From contig CAYWDX010000001.1 of NCBI GenBank assembly GCA_964456235.1, positions 35,074 through 99,073 of the forward strand: a stretch of 64,000 nucleotides of DNA, read 5' to 3'. Shown one piece after another: positions 10,227-20,117 of the stretch. The notes beneath the pieces were generated by a model. The model did not search any database and had not been told where the DNA came from. It saw only the letters and a program-made list of their open reading frames with translations. Every line of letters starts with the position of its first letter. The stretch's first letter is position 1. A program made the translations under genes and the position numbers. The DNA comes from an uncultured Candidatus Saccharibacteria bacterium (lineage in GTDB: Bacteria > Patescibacteriota > Minisyncoccia > UBA6257 > 2-01-FULL-56-20).

Positions 10227-10910
10227 TTAAAAATTCCTAAAGATCCTGATGACCTTTTTATAGTCCATCCTCTTCGGGCCGATTGCGAAAATCGAAATGG
10301 TCCCATCGCCAAAATCAAAATTGCCGCCGACAACCGCAAGATGCTCGCTGCGCGTCACCGGGCTTTTGCGGCCGATGAACACCTTGAGGCCCTCGCCCAC
10401 CTTGCCCGCAACGCGCGGGATCCGCTCATCCATATCCTCAAAGTCCCGGATCACCGACTGAAGCTCGTCACGATTCTGCCATTCGAGGCGTTCAACGAGC
10501 GCTTCGAGACCGGCCTTGTAAACCGTTTCCTGCGTGAGATCGGCCGCAACGCCAAGAAGGCCGAGCTCGCGGGAAATTCGAGCGGAAAGTTCTGCCCATG
10601 CATGTTCCTCGAGAAGTTCGCGGAGCGTTGATTCGCGAGGCGCGGGGCGCGCGTTTTCGTGCGCGAGTGCGGTCTGCATCAAGCGGTCCGCTAAAAATTC
10701 ATAGCCAGCGTCGGTGGGAATGCGGCCCGCCGAGTGGTGGGGCTGCATGAGGTAATCCGCATCTTCCAGCGCGTCGAGCTCGAGGCGGATCATCGCCGGC
10801 TTGATGCCAAAATCGAAATTATCAAAAAGCCATCCCGAGCTGATCGGTTCGCCGGTCGTGATAAAGCCCTGGATTGCTGCTTCTAAAATTTGCGCGGTGC
10901 GGTCGGTCAT
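10227..10910 (-). CDS. hrcA: Heat-inducible repressor HrcA (short form)
   Basis: FITTGEPISS...PAMIR...QPHHSAGRIPTDAGY and IGPKRMDY motifs, upstream of grpE-dnaK. Confidence 0.93.
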   Translation of the reverse strand: MTDRTAQILEAAIQGFITTGEPISSGWLFDNFDFGIKPAMIRLELDALEDADYLMQPHHSAGRIPTDAGYEFLADRLMQTALAHENARPAPRESTLRELLEEHAWAELSARISRELGLLGVAADLTQETVYKAGLEALVERLEWQNRDELQSVIRDFEDMDERIPRVAGKVGEGLKVFIGRKSPVTRSEHLAVVGGNFDFGDGTISIFAIGPKRMDYKKVIRIFRNF

Positions 10911-10940
10911 AATGCGAGCGTCATTAAAATTTCCTTAAAA

Positions 10941-10978
10941 TTATAGGCAGGTTAGCAATCCTGTCAAGCGATTGCCAA
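10941..10978 (-). promoter_or_regulatory. Variant CIRCE operator overlapping the hrcA promoter
   Basis: TTAGCAATC-N9-GATTGCCAA at 10952-10978 (consensus TTAGCACTC-N9-GAGTGCTAA). On the minus strand TTGACA lies in the spacer, followed by N16-TATAAT. Confidence 0.85.
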
Positions 10979-11029
10979 CCAATAATTTTCGGCGCGTCCG
11001 GGCGTGCTCGATATGGTAAGATGAATTTA

Positions 11030-11911
11030 ATGATTACGAAAGAGAACAGTAAGGTCCGCTGGATTGACATCGAAAAGCCGGGCGTGAAAGATCTTGCGCA
11101 AATCAAAAAACAATTGCGCCTCCACCCCGTCATCGTCGACGAGCTCAAGGGGCCTTCGGCGCGGGCGTATGTGGACGCGAACGGTAAATATCTCTTCTTT
11201 ATTTATTATTTCCCCCTCTACGACCTTACGGACGGCGCTTCGGCGCGGACTGAAATCGATTTTGTCGTAACGAAGGATACCGTCGTGACGGTCCACTATG
11301 AATCGATCGCGAAGGTGATGGATGGGTTCATGGTGACCAGCCAAAAAAATTCGCTCGAGCTCATGCACGCCCTCCTTGAGCAGCTCATTCAATTTGAAGA
11401 GCGTGAGTTGCGCCATATCCGTGAAAAAGCAGAAGAAGTCGGCCGGCAAATTTTCAGGGACAAGGAGCGCGAGGTATTGGAGCGGCTCACCTATCTCAAG
11501 CGCGACATTTCAGAACATCGCATCATTATCGGGCTCCAGCGGCCGATCCTCGAATCGCTTCGATCATACGGCCAGAAATTTTGGAGCGGCGACGCGGATG
11601 TTTACTTGAATGACCTGATCGGTGACCACCTCCGCGTTACGAATCAGCTCGAAGATTACCGCAGCGCCGTTTCCGATTTTGAAGACACGAATAACCAACT
11701 CATGAACCTGAAGGTGAACACGGTGATGAAAACGTTCACCCTGCTTTCTTTCCTCACCTTTCCCTTCATGCTCCTTGCGACGCTCTTCGGCATGAATACC
11801 AAAGACACGCCGCTCGTAAATTCCCCGCATGGCTTTTGGATCATCCTCGGCGCGATGGTCGTCGGCATGGTTATGCTCGTCACCTATTTTCGCGTGAAGA
11901 AGTGGTTTTGA
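11030..11911 (+). CDS. corA: CorA family Mg2+/Co2+ transporter
   Basis: MKTFT...FGMN signature and two C-terminal TM helices. Start 11030 follows TG-G-TAAGAT at 7 nt (alternative start 11021). Confidence 0.93.
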   Translation: MITKENSKVRWIDIEKPGVKDLAQIKKQLRLHPVIVDELKGPSARAYVDANGKYLFFIYYFPLYDLTDGASARTEIDFVVTKDTVVTVHYESIAKVMDGFMVTSQKNSLELMHALLEQLIQFEERELRHIREKAEEVGRQIFRDKEREVLERLTYLKRDISEHRIIIGLQRPILESLRSYGQKFWSGDADVYLNDLIGDHLRVTNQLEDYRSAVSDFEDTNNQLMNLKVNTVMKTFTLLSFLTFPFMLLATLFGMNTKDTPLVNSPHGFWIILGAMVVGMVMLVTYFRVKKWF

Positions 11912-11984
11912 CTCCGGCACGACGGGCTCTGTCAAGTCAGTTTTAATAATTTTTTAATAGGGGCGGGCGTGATATAGTGAGCGT

Positions 11985-13400
11985 ATGCAAGGCAAGATCC
12001 GGCTCTACAACACGCTCTCGCGCGAAAAAGATCCGCTCCCCGACCAGAAAAAATTCCACGTCTTCGTGTGCGGCCCGACGGTCTACGATTATGCCCACAT
12101 CGGCCACGCGCGCACGTATCTTTTTTTTGATTTTTTTGTGAAATATTTGCGCGCCCAGGGGCTTGATGTGCATTATCTCCAAAACATCACCGACATCGAT
12201 GACAAAATAATCAAGCGTGCGGCAGAGGAAGGCAAAAAACCAGAGGAGGTCGCCCGCACCTTCACCGATGCTTACCTTGCCGACATGCGGGCGCTCGGCG
12301 TCGATGCCGTAACTGAATATGCACCGGCGACCAAATTCGTTACCCAGATCATCGCCCAGGTGGAACGGCTCATTGAAAAAGGATTTGCCTATAAAATCGA
12401 GGGTGATGGCTGGTATTTTGATGTTGCGAAAGATCCCGACTATGGGAAATTGAGCGGGCGCACGGCCGCACAGGCGGAAGATTCTGTTTCCCGCATTGAT
12501 GACGCCTCCGCAAAGCGCGGCAAAGCGGATTTTTGCTTGTGGAAATTTTCGAAACCTGGCGAACCGGCTTGGAGCGCGCCGTCGCTTGGCCGCGGCCGCC
12601 CCGGATGGCACATTGAAGACACCGCGATCACCGAATTTTATTTTGGTCCGCAATATGAAATCCACGGCGGCGGCGTTGACATCAAATTCCCCCACCACGA
12701 AGCGGAGATCGCGCAGCAGGAATCCGCATCGGGCAAAAAACCATTCGTGCAAATCTGGATGCATGTCGGATCACTGCTGGTCGAAGGCAAGAAAATGTCG
12801 AAGAGTTTAGGAAACTTCATCACGATTCGCGATTTTTTGAAAAACCATTCAGCGGAAGTGCTGCGCTGGATCACGCTCACCCACCAATATCGTTCGCCGA
12901 TGGATTATTCTGATGCGCTCGTCGCACAAGCGGAAAAATCCATGGACCTCATAAAAGAATTCCGCGCGAAGATTGCGTTTGCAAAACACGGCGCGGGAGA
13001 GATGGGCTCCTCGCACGAAACCGTGTCCCACGAAATAAAAACGGCACACCAGGAATGCATGAATCATCTTGCCGACGACCTGAACACGCCGGCGGCGCTT
13101 GCGACCATATTCACCACCATTGCCCGCTTCCAAGACCAGATCTGGCAGCTCGGCCGCCCCGACATTCACGCCATCGAACAATATCTCGACGGAGCGCTCG
13201 GCCTCCTGCAACTTTCATTAAAAATAAATGAAATTCCGGGAAAGGCCGTGAAACTGGCTCACGAACGGGAAGAATCCCGAACTAATAAACAGTTTGCCCA
13301 CGCGGACGCCTTGCGCAGCGAAATCAATGCCTTAGGATATGAAATTGAGGACACCCCTCGGGGACCCTTCCTATGGCCGCGACCAAAAAATCACAATTAA
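11985..13400 (+). CDS. cysS: Cysteine--tRNA ligase
   Basis: CGPTVY, HIGH, GRPGWHIE, FPHHE and KMSKS motifs. Confidence 0.98.
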   Translation: MQGKIRLYNTLSREKDPLPDQKKFHVFVCGPTVYDYAHIGHARTYLFFDFFVKYLRAQGLDVHYLQNITDIDDKIIKRAAEEGKKPEEVARTFTDAYLADMRALGVDAVTEYAPATKFVTQIIAQVERLIEKGFAYKIEGDGWYFDVAKDPDYGKLSGRTAAQAEDSVSRIDDASAKRGKADFCLWKFSKPGEPAWSAPSLGRGRPGWHIEDTAITEFYFGPQYEIHGGGVDIKFPHHEAEIAQQESASGKKPFVQIWMHVGSLLVEGKKMSKSLGNFITIRDFLKNHSAEVLRWITLTHQYRSPMDYSDALVAQAEKSMDLIKEFRAKIAFAKHGAGEMGSSHETVSHEIKTAHQECMNHLADDLNTPAALATIFTTIARFQDQIWQLGRPDIHAIEQYLDGALGLLQLSLKINEIPGKAVKLAHEREESRTNKQFAHADALRSEINALGYEIEDTPRGPFLWPRPKNHN

Positions 13401-14764
13401 AAATCCCCCCGCAGAATCTTGAAGCCGAATCGGCGGTGCTCGGGAGCATCCTGATCGACAAGAATGCGATCTTTCGGGTGGCGGACCAGCTCGTGGCCGA
13501 TGATTTTTATTCGCCGGCGCACGGAAAAATTTACGAGGCGATCCTCGCGCTCTACGAGAAACGCCAGCCGATCGACGTCTTGAGCTTGACCAACTACCTA
13601 AAGGAGCGTGACTTGCTCACGGGCGTGGGAGGCTCCGGGTACCTTGCTGAACTCACGAACCAGGTGACGACGGCGTCGCATGTGCAGCACTACGCGGGCA
13701 TCGTGAAAGACAAAAAAGTGCTGCGCGATCTGATTCGGGCGGGTGCGGAAATTACCGAAGATGCTTTTGGCGCGACGGATGAGCTCGAAGACTTGATGGA
13801 CAACATCGAGCAAAAGATCCTTTCGATTTCGCAAAAATCCATTCCGCAAAACTTTTTCCCGGTAAAAGATGAATTGCAAAATGCGTACGAGCGCATGGCC
13901 AAGCTCCACGACGGCGGCGAAAAACTCCGCGGCATCCCGACCGGCTTCGGCGCCCTCGACAACAAACTTTCCGGATTGCAAAAATCCGACCTCATCATTT
14001 TGGGCGCGCGGCCCTCATCCGGGAAAACGGCGTTCGGCCTCGATATCGCGCGCAACGCCGCGTTGGGCGGACACACGGTTGGCATCTTTTCGCTTGAAAT
14101 GTCGCGCGAGCAAGTCATCGACCGCGTCATCGCCGCGCAATCGCACGTCCCCTTGTGGAACATCCTCACCGGGCGCATCAAGGGCGACCACGAATTCGGC
14201 ATGATTCAACACGCGCTCGACGAGCTTTCAAAAACAAAATTGTTTATTGATGACACGCCGTCGCTGAACATCATGCAGATGCGTTCGATGGCGCGACGCC
14301 TGCAAGTGGAACACGGCCTCGATCTTTTGATCGTCGATTATTTACAGCTCATCCGACCTCGCACGAATTCTGACAGCATGGTACAGCAGGTCACCGAAAT
14401 TTCGCGGAGCTTGAAAGCGCTTGCGCGCGAATTGAAGGTGCCGGTGCTCGCGATCTCGCAGCTCTCGCGCGGCGTTGAGCAGCGCGATCACAAAGTGCCG
14501 CGACTCTCCGACCTCCGCGACTCCGGATCCATCGAGCAAGACGCGGACGTCGTGATGTTTATCTATCGGAAAGACAAAAGCGCCGATGCGCTGAACGACG
14601 TCGGCGGCGACATCGCGTCATCAACGTCGAATGAACACGCGACGCAGATCATGATCGCGAAGCATCGCAACGGCCCGATTGGCGAAGTCGAAGTTTCGTT
14701 CGACCCGGAGCGCGTTTCTTTCAAGTCGATTGACAAGCGCTATAGCGAACTGCCGGCGATTTAG
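13373..14764 (+). CDS. dnaB: Replicative DNA helicase DnaB
   Basis: GARPSSGKT, FSLEMS, DYLQL, SQLSR and DLRDSGSIEQDAD motifs. Confidence 0.98.
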   Translation: MAATKKSQLKIPPQNLEAESAVLGSILIDKNAIFRVADQLVADDFYSPAHGKIYEAILALYEKRQPIDVLSLTNYLKERDLLTGVGGSGYLAELTNQVTTASHVQHYAGIVKDKKVLRDLIRAGAEITEDAFGATDELEDLMDNIEQKILSISQKSIPQNFFPVKDELQNAYERMAKLHDGGEKLRGIPTGFGALDNKLSGLQKSDLIILGARPSSGKTAFGLDIARNAALGGHTVGIFSLEMSREQVIDRVIAAQSHVPLWNILTGRIKGDHEFGMIQHALDELSKTKLFIDDTPSLNIMQMRSMARRLQVEHGLDLLIVDYLQLIRPRTNSDSMVQQVTEISRSLKALARELKVPVLAISQLSRGVEQRDHKVPRLSDLRDSGSIEQDADVVMFIYRKDKSADALNDVGGDIASSTSNEHATQIMIAKHRNGPIGEVEVSFDPERVSFKSIDKRYSELPAI

Positions 14765-14777
14765 ATAAAATAATTGG

Positions 14778-15392
14778 GTGAAACTGCCATCCCCCATTCA
14801 ACGCGTTGTCGATGCACTCTCGGAACTCCCCTCCATTGGACCGCGCCAGGCGATCCGCCTCGCATTTTTTTTGATCGCCGAAGGGAAGCAGAATATCCGA
14901 ACGCTTGCAACGAGCATCGACGACCTCGGCAAAATAAAAACCTGCGAGCGCTGTTTTTTTGTCCATCAAAATGACGGCGTACTTTGCGATACCTGCAGCA
15001 ATTCCCACCGGGCGCAGGGTGTGATTATGGTGGTGGAAAAAGAAACCGATCTCATTTCGCTCGAGAACACCGGAAAATATTCTGGCCGGTACTTTGTGAT
15101 CGGCGAGATTCCGAAGACGGGTCTTCTTGAAGAATGGCAAAAGTTGCGCCTGCAAAGCTTGAAATCGTTTATTGAAAAACCGACGCCCGATGGCCTGGGT
15201 GGAAAAGCTGAAGAAATTATTTTGGCATTCAACCCAACATCGCTTGGCGATCTGCAAGCCAGTCTTCTCACCAAAGAACTCGCTCCGGTTGCCAAAAAAA
15301 TAAGCCGGTTGGGACGAGGGCTCCCAACCGGCGGTGAAATTGAATTCGCGGACGACGAAACTCTCGGCGCCGCGATGGAGCGGCGAGGCTAG
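14778..15392 (+). CDS. recR: Recombination mediator RecR
   Basis: LPSIGPRQA HhH, C4 zinc finger, Toprim and GLPTGGEIEFAD motifs. Confidence 0.96.
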   Translation: MKLPSPIQRVVDALSELPSIGPRQAIRLAFFLIAEGKQNIRTLATSIDDLGKIKTCERCFFVHQNDGVLCDTCSNSHRAQGVIMVVEKETDLISLENTGKYSGRYFVIGEIPKTGLLEEWQKLRLQSLKSFIEKPTPDGLGGKAEEIILAFNPTSLGDLQASLLTKELAPVAKKISRLGRGLPTGGEIEFADDETLGAAMERRG

Positions 15393-16132
15393 AATCGCGG
15401 TTGGAATCCGGCCTCGATTTCCGCCTCTTCTACGATCTCTGACACCTTCACTCGTAGTGCGTGAGCTACCACTTCGAGCGCCGGAAGGCCTGGAACACGA
15501 TAGGCGTTTTCTATGTGAGCAATCCGCGAACTCAACGACGACGACTCCCTCCCGAAAACTTCGAAAGAAAGTTCCCGCTGAGTCATGTCGCGGTTCTCCC
15601 GCAAAGTTCGAATGGCGGCGCCGATCTTCCTCCCGATGAGTCCCGCCGTCCACGTGGGAAGTGCCGTGGAAGCAGTGAGCGGAGTCCCGCCTTCCATCCA
15701 CGCAACGAGGAGAGAAGGACGCGTCTGGAAGGCGATTGCAAGCTTCTCGACCATTGCTATTTGCGGAATCACTTTCCTCCCCTCCAACTTACTTACATAC
15801 GTCCTAAAACAACCTACGCGCAGGGCGAGATCCGGTTGACTCCATCCATTGATTTCTCGCAATTCACGCAGCTTCTTACCGAAATTCATGAGGAGCGAAG
15901 AATTGCGATCCCGCATGATGTTCTTGAACCTGAGCGCTGAGGACTCCGGAGATGCCAATATCAACTCCGGCTGATTAGCGGATCGGGGCACCGCTGCTTC
16001 CTCCACGTCGATACTCAACGGTTGACGACATCGGCGACATGAGTCGTTCCTGGTCCGGAACTGGGTGAGTTTACAACGGTCGCATTTTATAACTTCGCGA
16101 CCGTCAACGGGGGCGAGCTTTGCAGTGGCCAT
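15389..16132 (-). CDS. Zinc-ribbon plus tandem XRE-family HTH transcriptional regulator (SD-led cassette)
   Basis: N-terminal CDRC...CRRC and two HTH_XRE-like domains (LRELREINGWSQPDLA; IRTLRENRDMTQRELS). AAAGGAG lies 9 nt before the ATG. Confidence 0.85.
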   Translation of the reverse strand: MATAKLAPVDGREVIKCDRCKLTQFRTRNDSCRRCRQPLSIDVEEAAVPRSANQPELILASPESSALRFKNIMRDRNSSLLMNFGKKLRELREINGWSQPDLALRVGCFRTYVSKLEGRKVIPQIAMVEKLAIAFQTRPSLLVAWMEGGTPLTASTALPTWTAGLIGRKIGAAIRTLRENRDMTQRELSFEVFGRESSSLSSRIAHIENAYRVPGLPALEVVAHALRVKVSEIVEEAEIEAGFQPRF

Positions 16133-16167
16133 ACGACCGCACTCCTTTCAGTTAAATTTCTTGGCAG

Positions 16168-16196
16168 ACTATATCACATCTACCCGTGGCGCACAA
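16168..16196 (-). promoter_or_regulatory. Promoter of the XRE cassette
   Basis: TTGTGC-N17-TATAGT with extended TGn. Confidence 0.6.
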
Positions 16197-17220
16197 CGAG
16201 CACGTCTCCGTCCTTCACTTCGTATTCTTTCCCCTCCACGCGCAGCCATCCTTTTTGTTTTGCTTGCGCCCATCCACCGGCTTCGAGGAGCTTTTGAGTA
16301 TCGATCACTTCGAGGCGAATAAATTTATTTTCAAAATCGGTGTGGATGACGCCCGCCGCCTGCGGCGCTTTTGTCCCCTGCTCGATTGTCCATGCGCGCG
16401 TTTCATCTTCGCCGGTCGTGAAAAAACTGATGAGATTCAAAACCTGATATGCCTTCGTGATGAGCTCGGGGATGCCGCCACGCTCACCGGCGGTCGCGAG
16501 GTTTATGATGATGTGATCTGCGCCAAGCGATTTTATTTTTTCGGTTAGGGCGGCGGGTACCTCGCTCGGTTCCCCGTTCAGTAAATAGATTTGACGCTTG
16601 AGCGTGAGGAGATTCAGGTCGCGGAGCCGACTGCCGGCGCCTTCTTTCGTGAGGAGTTCGGCTGCAAGCGCGGGATCAGCAACTGGCAAACGACCCGCCT
16701 CGAGCGTGGCTTTCAACCGAGTTAGCAAATCTTTTTCTTGGATCGATTCCTTTTTGCCCGTCCGCGCTTCTCCCTCGGCCCTTGCAAACCGTTTCTCAAC
16801 CGCTTCGAGATCTTTCAGAATCAATTCTTGGTTGATGATTTCGAGATCGCGCAGCGGATCCACCGAATTCTCAACGTGAATAATGGACGGGTTGCCAAAT
16901 ACCCGCAGTACAAGCACGATCGCCTGCGTTTCTTTGATGTGCGAAAGGAATTGATTGCCGAGCCCCTCTCCTTTATTCGCGCCCTTCACGAGTCCGGCGA
17001 TGTCATAAAATTCCACAACCGCCGGAATTTTCTTTTTTGACTTCGAAAGCGCGTTCAGTTTTTCGAGGCGCTCGTCGGGAACGGCAACGACGCCCACATT
17101 CGGATCAATCGTCGCGAACGGATAATTCGCGATCGTGATGTCCTGCTTCGTAAGCGCCTTAAAAAGAGTGGACTTCCCCACGTTCGGAAGTCCCACGATG
17201 CCGATGGAGAGCTTGGCCAT
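16180..17220 (-). CDS. ychF: Ribosome-binding ATPase YchF
   Basis: GIVGLPNVGKST, NYPFATIDPN, DIAGLVKGA and a TGS domain. Confidence 0.97.
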   Translation of the reverse strand: MAKLSIGIVGLPNVGKSTLFKALTKQDITIANYPFATIDPNVGVVAVPDERLEKLNALSKSKKKIPAVVEFYDIAGLVKGANKGEGLGNQFLSHIKETQAIVLVLRVFGNPSIIHVENSVDPLRDLEIINQELILKDLEAVEKRFARAEGEARTGKKESIQEKDLLTRLKATLEAGRLPVADPALAAELLTKEGAGSRLRDLNLLTLKRQIYLLNGEPSEVPAALTEKIKSLGADHIIINLATAGERGGIPELITKAYQVLNLISFFTTGEDETRAWTIEQGTKAPQAAGVIHTDFENKFIRLEVIDTQKLLEAGGWAQAKQKGWLRVEGKEYEVKDGDVLVVRHG

Positions 17221-17254
17221 GCTTCCGACTGTATCACAGAAAATGAACCTTGCA

Positions 17255-17812
17255 CTAGGCGCTTCCGCCAAACGCCTTCCCCCGATGCCATGGCACACCG
17301 AGCCAGGGCAAGAGCCAACGGTCAATGCCAAGCCAGCCAGCGTTCCGCCACGCGAGAATCAGGAAAAGCTGAATGACAAACAAAAGCGGGTTGATACTCA
17401 CGGTCCCGGCAAAAAGATAATTCAGATTCATAAACGCGCCGAAGAATGCGGCGATGCCGGTGAAGACGCCAAGCACGAGACCGATGCCGACAGCGAGCTC
17501 GCCGTAGGTCACGAGGTACGAGAGGAACGTCGCATGATTGATCGCAACGTTTTGGATGAACCATCCATACCAGCCAGAAACGGATGGGTGCGCGCCGGCC
17601 ATCTTCGCAAGCGCGCCATTCAAAAATCCTTGCACGGCAGCGCCGGCTTGCGGACCAGTCCATGCGGCGTCAAACGCTTTTTCCCATCCGGCCATAAACC
17701 ATTCATAGCCAACATACAGGCGGGCGATCAACCAAACCCACGACATGCGCGTGTCGGCAAAAAGAAACCGCGAGAGCGCGGGTTCGGGAATTTGGACAGC
17801 AGGCTTTTCCAT
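17255..17812 (-). CDS. DoxX/DoxD family membrane protein
   Basis: RLYVGYEWFMAGWEK and GELAVGIGLVLG...AFMNLNYLFAG motifs. Confidence 0.88.
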   Translation of the reverse strand: MEKPAVQIPEPALSRFLFADTRMSWVWLIARLYVGYEWFMAGWEKAFDAAWTGPQAGAAVQGFLNGALAKMAGAHPSVSGWYGWFIQNVAINHATFLSYLVTYGELAVGIGLVLGVFTGIAAFFGAFMNLNYLFAGTVSINPLLFVIQLFLILAWRNAGWLGIDRWLLPWLGVPWHRGKAFGGSA

Positions 17813-17833
17813 CACTTTTATTCTACTCCCGCC

Positions 17834-18448
17834 CTATGAGCCCCTGTGCACAAGTCCCCTGATGTCACGCACCAGCTCGGGAACATGGGCTTGCTTGAAG
17901 TGTCCGCGATTCTTGAAAATTCTGACGGTGGCGGTTGGGAGCTGTGCGCGATAGTTATTTATTGTTGCAAATTTGACGACGCGATCGTCTTTGCTTTGAT
18001 AAAGAAAAATATTGCCGGCCTGTTTTTCCAACTTTTTTAAATCCTTCTTCAGGACAAAATCCCCATCGCTCCATGGCGCCGCCACGAGAAAGACTCCGCG
18101 AATCTTTTTTCGAAAATTATTCTCCGAAAGGTATTTTGCGAGAAAAAGTCCGCCAAGCGAATGGCCGATCAGGATGACCTCGGCGCGCAGATGCGGAATA
18201 AATTTTCCGAACCAAATCTTCCATTCCTCGTAACGGGCGTTTTGCTTGCTTGGCATATCGGGACGGATCACCTCATAGCCACTTCCGAGTGTCGCCGCGA
18301 GCGTTCCCTTCCAGTCCGTGTATGATTTTTGATAGCGTGAAAAATCCAGGCGCCACGCTTTCAAAAATTTCAACATCGCTTTGCGCGATTTGAACGAATC
18401 CCCTCCGTGGATAACGGCCACTTGTTTTTTTACGCGCGCTTTTTTCAT
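17834..18448 (-). CDS. Alpha/beta hydrolase (RBBP9/YdeN-like)
   Basis: IHGG, GHSLGG nucleophile elbow, SKDD and GHF. Confidence 0.88.
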   Translation of the reverse strand: MKKARVKKQVAVIHGGDSFKSRKAMLKFLKAWRLDFSRYQKSYTDWKGTLAATLGSGYEVIRPDMPSKQNARYEEWKIWFGKFIPHLRAEVILIGHSLGGLFLAKYLSENNFRKKIRGVFLVAAPWSDGDFVLKKDLKKLEKQAGNIFLYQSKDDRVVKFATINNYRAQLPTATVRIFKNRGHFKQAHVPELVRDIRGLVHRGS

Positions 18449-18456
18449 TTGGAAAA

Positions 18457-19371
18457 TTATTGTTGCTGCGTTGAGCCTCCGGGCGCGAGATACGCCGGCG
18501 GATGGAGCGTATCGACGCCGGCCGTTCCATCCTTATTGATTATAAAGGTGAAGCCGAAGGGGTCCTCCGGCACGGCGGGAATAATGCCGCGGGCGACGAG
18601 GGCGGCTGGGGACGCGGGATAGGCGCCGAACCGGGCCTTATAGGCCTTCGCGACAGCCTCGAGATAGTCAAAATCATTTAGGCGCTCGACGTAGGCGGCG
18701 GCGCGGTCTTTCGCTGCTTGGTCGTTCGTGCTTTGGTATACCGTCTCCCAGATCCCCCGCACCCGATCCCGCTCCTTCTGGTTGATGCCGAAATTCAGTG
18801 CGAAGCTCGCCGCATAATCGGGAACGCCGGGCGTGTTCGCCGCCACATTAAAATATTCTGAAGCGTGTTTGAAGTCTTTAAGGAATAAATAATAATTGAT
18901 GGCCATGTAGTATGGGATCCGCCAGTCCGGATCCGCCTGCGCAAGCCCGCGCCCACCAATCGTAAATGATTGCGCAATCGCCCTTGGATCACTTTTCGCT
19001 GGAATTACCGGCAAGGCAAGAACAGAAAACGCGTAAGGGTAGCTCATTTTCGGATCGACTGCATTCAAGAATGCAAGATCTCCATAATATTCCGTCCTGC
19101 CGTGAAAGAAGAGGTCGAGAAATTCGGGCATCGTGGCCGCCCAAAGGAATGAAGCGATTGCCGGATGGAACCCCAGGTCAATCATCCGCACCATTTGCGG
19201 CGAGAACGTGCCGGGCAATCCTCCCGGGAGGGCAATGCGCGCGGCATCATATTCCCACTGTGCACCGATAACGAGCGCGAGTGCCGTCGCGAGAAACATA
19301 ATCTTCGCGAGCGGGCTCAACGCTGACGCTCGCGCGGGCGCTCCTAAATTTCCTTTTTGTTGAATATCCAT
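18457..19371 (-). CDS. Membrane-anchored helical protein with a pseudopilin-like C-terminus (PilG/XapA-like)
   Basis: N-terminal TM, TPR-like helices (PDWRIPYYMA), C-terminal YKARFGAYP...L...PEDPFG, co-transcribed with an ABC pair. Confidence 0.6.
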   Translation of the reverse strand: MDIQQKGNLGAPARASALSPLAKIMFLATALALVIGAQWEYDAARIALPGGLPGTFSPQMVRMIDLGFHPAIASFLWAATMPEFLDLFFHGRTEYYGDLAFLNAVDPKMSYPYAFSVLALPVIPAKSDPRAIAQSFTIGGRGLAQADPDWRIPYYMAINYYLFLKDFKHASEYFNVAANTPGVPDYAASFALNFGINQKERDRVRGIWETVYQSTNDQAAKDRAAAYVERLNDFDYLEAVAKAYKARFGAYPASPAALVARGIIPAVPEDPFGFTFIINKDGTAGVDTLHPPAYLAPGGSTQQQ

Positions 19372-20108
19372 ATGGCGGCCGCGAGAAGGAAAATAATGTA
19401 GGCGGCGGCATAGGTGATCGCGAGCGTGACCGAGGCGCCGGGCGTCGCGACATTGTGGATGGCGAGATTGCGCGCATCAAATTTTTCGAGGTTGGGGAAA
19501 ATATAGTAGAAAATTTGCACGAGGAAAAGCTTGACGCCCGTAATCCCCGCCTGTTGCGCGTCGTTCACAAGCGAACTCACGACATGTCCGATGAAAAATA
19601 TTGCCGAGGTGTAAACGATCGAAAGAAGCGAGCTTGAAAAAGTTGAAACGAAAAGTGCGAACGCGAGGAAAAGCGCCATTTCGAGGTACTGCATGAAAAT
19701 TGCGGCGAGGCCGAGCGCGTCGAATCCCCCGTGTTCATAGGCGACGAGGCCCAGGTAAGCGACGCTCAAAATCGCAGTCGTCACAAGGATGACGAGGCAG
19801 AGGCCGAAGAATTTTCCAAGCAAAAATTGTGCGCGCGAAACCGGCTTCGACAGCACAAAGTAAACAATCTTGCGGTCAACGTCTCGAAAGAATGAGGTGG
19901 TGCCGAGGAAGAGCGCGATGATCGCGTTGAAAAAATAGATTCCGGTGAGCCCGAAACTTTTCACCATCGGGAGTTCTCGCAGGACAAGATCCGCAAGAAA
20001 AATTTCAAAGAAAATGTAGAGCAGCGCAAAAATGATGATCCCGTACAAAATCTTGTCGCGGATCTCGAGCTTCAGCGTATTTTTCGCAATGATCCAGATG
20101 CTTCGCAT
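19344..20108 (-). CDS. ABC-2 type transporter permease (PilI/XapB-like)
   Basis: Six TM segments and the LSKPVSRAQFLLGKF motif. Confidence 0.88.
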   Translation of the reverse strand: MRSIWIIAKNTLKLEIRDKILYGIIIFALLYIFFEIFLADLVLRELPMVKSFGLTGIYFFNAIIALFLGTTSFFRDVDRKIVYFVLSKPVSRAQFLLGKFFGLCLVILVTTAILSVAYLGLVAYEHGGFDALGLAAIFMQYLEMALFLAFALFVSTFSSSLLSIVYTSAIFFIGHVVSSLVNDAQQAGITGVKLFLVQIFYYIFPNLEKFDARNLAIHNVATPGASVTLAITYAAAYIIFLLAAAIWIFNKKEI

Positions 20109-20117
20109 GCTATTTTT

